From the NCBI RefSeq assembly GCF_000283555.1, contig NC_016012.1, forward strand, positions 120,001 through 152,000: a DNA stretch of 32,000 nucleotides, in the 5' to 3' direction. The stretch is from Candidatus Arthromitus sp. SFB-rat-Yit (GTDB lineage: Bacteria > Bacillota > Clostridia > Clostridiales > Clostridiaceae). Within the stretch, counting starts at the first letter, position 1. The number at the start of each line of letters is the position of its first letter. The notes beneath the pieces are model-generated. The model did no database searches and was not told the origin of the DNA. It saw only the letters and a list, made by a program, of their open reading frames with translations. The position numbers and the translations under genes are program-made. Below are positions 28,240 to 32,000 of this stretch, one piece after another.

Positions 28240-29532
28240 ATGAAGCAATATCTCTTAGTTGTTTTCGTTAATTCTTTAATAAGTAGAGATTATGATATGC
28301 TGAAAGAATTTGAAAATTTTAATTATATTATTTCCAAAGGTTCAGTTGTTAGAAAGGTTAAAAATCAGTATCCTAATTTTAAAAATCCAGTTAATACAAC
28401 AATTCTTACTGGAGAATTTCCCGAAAAACATGGAATTTATTTTAATAATTATAATGTTAAAGTTAGGAAATATAGGCATAAAGAGTATGAAGATATTCAA
28501 TCTCCAAATATATTAGATTTATTTAAGAGTGAAGGTAATAATGTTAGTTTGATTTCTTGGCCTAATATGGGTTATAGTAATTTTAAATATAATTTTTCTG
28601 ATATTAATAATAGTGTAAATATAAAGGATTTATTTAGGGGAATTGTAAAAGGTTCTTCTTTTTATATGCTTAAAAATATATTTAAATATTCGAGTGTATT
28701 GAGAGTTGGGATACAACCAGATTCTGATAATTTTTCTTCCATTTTAGCGATGGAGATTTTAGAAAGTAAAAAATCTAATGTTATATTTATGAATCTTGAT
28801 CATCTGGACTATGTAAGACAGAGATATGGAATGAATTGTGAAAAAAATTCACTAGATGCATTAAGGAATATTGATCGTAAGCTAGGGGATTTACTCGTAT
28901 GGTGTGATAATAAAAATATATTAAATAATTTAACGATATCATTAGTATCAGGAGGAGGTCCATGTGAATGTAAATATATAATAAATATTAATTATATATT
29001 TCTTAAGAATGGATTAATAAGTGTTAATAAAAGAGGAAGAATTAATAATTACATAGCTTATGCACATTGTGAAGGTGGAAGTGCATTTATATATTTAAAA
29101 CAACCAAATAATATAAATGATTACGGTAAAGTTAAAGTGTTTTTAGATGATATAATGAAAAAATATAGTAATTATATTAAAGCTGTTTATGAAGTATCTG
29201 AGTATGAAAGGTTTGATTTAGATGAATTTTCCTTCAGAATACAAGGAAATATTTTCTGTATTTTTAGTGAGGAACTAAATAAAAGTGAATTTATAGATGA
29301 TATGACACAATCTCTATATATTAGTGATAGGATTAATAAATCATTTTATGGATATTCTAATGACTATGAGAATTCTCAAGGGATATTTATTAACCATGGT
29401 TATAGAATTAAAAAAGGTGTTGAATTAAATGAATGTAGTTTAGTGGATATTGCACCTACTATAGCTTCATTCATGAAACTTGATTTTAGAAGTAGTGGTA
29501 GGATAATTAAAGATATTCTGGAGGAGCATTGA
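28240..29532 (+). CDS. Alkaline-phosphatase superfamily protein (nucleotide pyrophosphatase/phosphodiesterase-like), probably non-catalytic
   Basis: Collinear with the NPP/Phosphodiest family: LLVVFVNSLISRDY, YPNFKNPVNTTILTGEFPEKHGI, ISLVSGGGP, and the C-terminal LVDIAPTIASFM. Positions that normally hold the metal ligands and the Thr nucleophile are substituted (see findings). Confidence 0.6.
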   Translation: MKQYLLVVFVNSLISRDYDMLKEFENFNYIISKGSVVRKVKNQYPNFKNPVNTTILTGEFPEKHGIYFNNYNVKVRKYRHKEYEDIQSPNILDLFKSEGNNVSLISWPNMGYSNFKYNFSDINNSVNIKDLFRGIVKGSSFYMLKNIFKYSSVLRVGIQPDSDNFSSILAMEILESKKSNVIFMNLDHLDYVRQRYGMNCEKNSLDALRNIDRKLGDLLVWCDNKNILNNLTISLVSGGGPCECKYIININYIFLKNGLISVNKRGRINNYIAYAHCEGGSAFIYLKQPNNINDYGKVKVFLDDIMKKYSNYIKAVYEVSEYERFDLDEFSFRIQGNIFCIFSEELNKSEFIDDMTQSLYISDRINKSFYGYSNDYENSQGIFINHGYRIKKGVELNECSLVDIAPTIASFMKLDFRSSGRIIKDILEEH

Positions 29533-29533
29533 T

Positions 29534-30430
29534 TTGGAATTAATACATTTTTTACAGAGTTTTTCCTCTGATATATTAAATTTTATTATGCTGATTATAA
29601 CATCATTAGGAAGTTTTTATATCCCAGTATTTGTTATATGTATTATTTATTGGTGTTATAATAAGGATATAGGATTTAAGCTTGCTATTATTATGTCATG
29701 TTCAGGAGTTTTGAATAATATTGTTAAAAACTTAGTGCAGTCGCCTCGTCCTATTGGAGTTGATGGTATAGAGTCGGTTGGAGAGTTTTCAGCTACAGGT
29801 TATTCTTTTCCAAGTGGGCATACACAAAATATAACGGTTTTTGGTACAAGTTTATCTATATTTACAAGAAGCAAGATGGTATTTTTTATAAGTATTATTG
29901 TTATATTTTTAGTTGGATTATCGAGAATATATTTGGGTCTTCATTGGCCTATAGATGTTTTAGGTGGAATTATATTAGCTATTATAGTTTCTATAATTTT
30001 AAATGAAGTGTTAATAAAACTTGATATATTTAAGACTAATATATTTATAGGAAGTTTGGTTTTAATATTATTTTTAGGGATATTCCTTGTTGGTAATAAT
30101 GTTATAGGAGTTGATTATTATAAAACTATGGGAATATTTATAGGAGTTTTTTTGGGGCATTTATTTGAATATAGATATGTGAATTTTTCTCCTGAAGCAA
30201 GTAATGTAGATAATGTAATGAAGATTATAATAGGTGCATCTACAACAATACTATTATTTGTAGTTCTTAATTACATATTTAAAATGTTTTATTTACCATT
30301 ATTTTTTTATGTTATAAAGTATCTAATATTAGGATTTTGGATGTTTGGAGCTATTCCTCTTATTTTCAAATTAAGTAATCTTTATTATAAGGAAGCTTAT
30401 GAAATAACAAATACTAAATATAGAAAATAA
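29534..30430 (+). CDS. PAP2 family phosphatase (membrane-bound; undecaprenyl/lipid phosphate phosphatase type)
   Basis: TTG start 7 nt after GGAGGAG and 1 nt after the upstream stop. All three PAP2 motifs are intact: KNLVQSPRP, PSGH and SRIYLGLHWPIDV. There are extra C-terminal TM helices. Confidence 0.85.
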   Translation: MELIHFLQSFSSDILNFIMLIITSLGSFYIPVFVICIIYWCYNKDIGFKLAIIMSCSGVLNNIVKNLVQSPRPIGVDGIESVGEFSATGYSFPSGHTQNITVFGTSLSIFTRSKMVFFISIIVIFLVGLSRIYLGLHWPIDVLGGIILAIIVSIILNEVLIKLDIFKTNIFIGSLVLILFLGIFLVGNNVIGVDYYKTMGIFIGVFLGHLFEYRYVNFSPEASNVDNVMKIIIGASTTILLFVVLNYIFKMFYLPLFFYVIKYLILGFWMFGAIPLIFKLSNLYYKEAYEITNTKYRK

Positions 30431-30466
30431 AAACAGCTTAGAAATTTGTTCTAAGCTGTTTTTTAT
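30430..30466. terminator. Bidirectional terminator (PAP2 gene / amino-acid ABC operon)
   Basis: 14-bp stem AAAACAGCTTAGAA-ATTTG-TTCTAAGCTGTTTT with A and T runs on either side. Confidence 0.8.
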
Positions 30467-31179
30467 AATACCTTACTTAAAAATTCTTTAGCACGATCGC
30501 TTTTTGTATTATTGAAAAATTCGTTTGGTGAATTTTCTTCGATTATTTTTCCATCATCCATGAAAACTATTTTATTTGATACCTCTTTTGCAAAGTTTAT
30601 TTCATGGGTAACTATAACCATAGTCATACCTTCATTAGCAAGTTCACGCATGACGTAAAGAACTTCTTTAACCATTTCTGGATCTAATGCAGAAGTAGGT
30701 TCATCAAATAATAATACATTTGGTTTATTTGCAAGAGATCTTGCTATTGCAATTCTTTGTTTTTGCCCACCAGATAATTTTGATGGATAAATATCTTTTT
30801 TGTCGACTAATCCTACTTTTTCAAGTAAATTTATTGCTAGTTTATTGGCTTCTTCTCTAGGTATATTTTTAACCTTAATAGGTCCTAAGGTTATATTTTC
30901 AAGCACAGTCATATGTGGAAATAAGTTAAAGTGTTGAAAAACCATTCCCATATTTTCTCTAATTTTATTTATATTAGTTTTTTGTATATTAGTATTTTGA
31001 AAAATAATTTCTCCACTAGTGGGTATTTCTAGTAAATTCATACATCTTAGTAAAGTGCTCTTTCCAGAACCGCTTGGACCAATAATAGATATGACATCAC
31101 CTTTTTTTATGTTGTATGAAATATCTTTAAGTACATGATGTTTGCCAAAATATTTATTTAAATTTTTAATTTGAATCAT
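30463..31179 (-). CDS. Amino acid ABC transporter ATP-binding protein (GlnQ/HisP class)
   Basis: All canonical motifs are intact: [46 protein letters not shown] and VIVTHE. Confidence 0.92.
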   Translation of the reverse strand: MIQIKNLNKYFGKHHVLKDISYNIKKGDVISIIGPSGSGKSTLLRCMNLLEIPTSGEIIFQNTNIQKTNINKIRENMGMVFQHFNLFPHMTVLENITLGPIKVKNIPREEANKLAINLLEKVGLVDKKDIYPSKLSGGQKQRIAIARSLANKPNVLLFDEPTSALDPEMVKEVLYVMRELANEGMTMVIVTHEINFAKEVSNKIVFMDDGKIIEENSPNEFFNNTKSDRAKEFLSKVL

Positions 31180-31816
31180 TATCTCTATTTAATTTCCTTT
31201 CAAAATAATGTATAAATTTTGATAAAGTAAATGTTATTACTAAATATATTAGTGCAGCAACTAATAGAGGTTCTAAAGTTAAATAAGTTAAACTCCTTAT
31301 TTGGTTTGCTTTGTACATTAAATCTGCAAGACCTATATAAGAAACAATTGCTGACTCCTTTATAAGTACTACAAATTCATTTGCAAGTGCTGGTAGTATA
31401 TTTTTAATAGCTTGGGGAATTATAATAAGTTTCATTGCAGTAAATTGATTCATTCCGAGGCTTTTAGCAGCTTCCATTTGCCCTTTATTTATAGATACTA
31501 TACCAGCTCTCATTATTTCAGCTATATAGGCAGCACTATTTAATGAAAGTGCAATAGAGGCTGATGTAAGTTCTGTCATATTAATTTTTAAACCATAATG
31601 TATAATAATTAATTGAACAATTAGTGGGGTTCCACGAATAATTTCAATATATATAGATCCTATTGTTCGTAATATTTTATATTTTGAAATTTTTAGTATA
31701 CATAGTATAAGACCAATTATACTTCCGAATATTATTGTAATTAAAGCTAAAAGTAAAGTTATTTTAACTCCGTCTAAAAAGAATGGATAATATTTTATTA
31801 AAAAATTGAAATTCAA
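31166..31816 (-). CDS. Amino acid ABC transporter permease (HisM/GlnP family)
   Basis: TTG start after GGAGG. The EAA-type loop [23 protein letters not shown]-like segment ([31 protein letters not shown]) is typical of polar amino-acid permeases. It overlaps the ATPase gene by 14 nt. Confidence 0.88.
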   Translation of the reverse strand: MNFNFLIKYYPFFLDGVKITLLLALITIIFGSIIGLILCILKISKYKILRTIGSIYIEIIRGTPLIVQLIIIHYGLKINMTELTSASIALSLNSAAYIAEIMRAGIVSINKGQMEAAKSLGMNQFTAMKLIIIPQAIKNILPALANEFVVLIKESAIVSYIGLADLMYKANQIRSLTYLTLEPLLVAALIYLVITFTLSKFIHYFERKLNRDNDSN

Positions 31817-31840
31817 AAATTGTTACCTCCATTTTATATT

Positions 31841-32000
31841 TTACTTATTGAGTTTTTCAGCAAGTTCAATTGAATTGTTGAATAATTCGTTGATTTTATT
31901 ATCTTTAATTAATCTTGTGATCGTTTTATTTATTTCATTTACTAAATCTTTATTACCTTTTTTTATACCAACAGCAGATCCTTGAATTTTATTGTTTAAA
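31841..32000 (-). CDS. Amino acid ABC transporter substrate-binding protein, C-terminal fragment (continues beyond the window)
   Basis: Minus-strand translation ...KIQGSAVGIKKGNKDLVNEINKTITRLIKDNKINELFNNSIELAEKLNK* with the stop at 31841-31843. The GIKKGNKDL...IN..I pattern is typical of family-3 binding proteins. It sits upstream of the permease and ATPase genes. Confidence 0.55.
   Translation of the reverse strand, partial: LNNKIQGSAVGIKKGNKDLVNEINKTITRLIKDNKINELFNNSIELAEKLNK

Overview
This is a chromosomal segment from a very AT-rich Firmicute; only the rRNA genes have ordinary GC content. The 16S gene contains exact matches at 22968-22988 and 23056-23076 to what I recall as the SFB-specific qPCR primers SFB736F and SFB844R. 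The source is therefore most likely a segmented filamentous bacterium (Candidatus Arthromitus/Savagella), but this rests on memory and needs a BLAST check.

Layout:
- 1-12.3 kb: compact housekeeping genes. These are a CDF transporter, lysC-lysA, an unknown gene, an M18 aminopeptidase, ispF, rluF, an RsgI-like membrane protein, a DUF4163/DUF3298 protein, an ArsC/Spx-like gene interrupted by an in-frame TGA at the catalytic-Cys position, a secreted protein, a DUF1540 Cys-rich protein and a YitT-family membrane protein.
- 12.4-21.6 kb: an accessory-looking, all plus-strand block and the most interesting part of the window. It holds four tandem paralogues of an uncharacterised protein family, each with a variable N-terminus, a conserved core and a DUF11-like Ig-type C-terminal domain, and none with a signal peptide. 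A hairpin and a 54-codon small ORF follow the first copy. Downstream lie a separately terminated HlyD-adaptor / ABC-ATPase / FtsX-permease (MacAB/YknXYZ-like) module whose ATPase has degenerate Q-loop, signature and H-loop motifs, and then two more unknown genes.
- 22.1-27.05 kb: a complete 16S-23S-5S operon with a strong extended -10 promoter, processing stems, no spacer tRNA and a terminator.
- 27.1-32 kb: a degenerate CPBP-like membrane protein. Next comes a promoter plus three-hairpin leader ahead of an AlkP/NPP-superfamily protein in which all metal and nucleophile residues appear substituted, translationally coupled to an intact PAP2 phosphatase. The window ends with a minus-strand amino-acid ABC transporter operon (ATPase, permease, partial binding protein).

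I saw no CRISPR array, transposase, integrase or tRNA. Every family assignment is motif recognition by eye; no database search was run.
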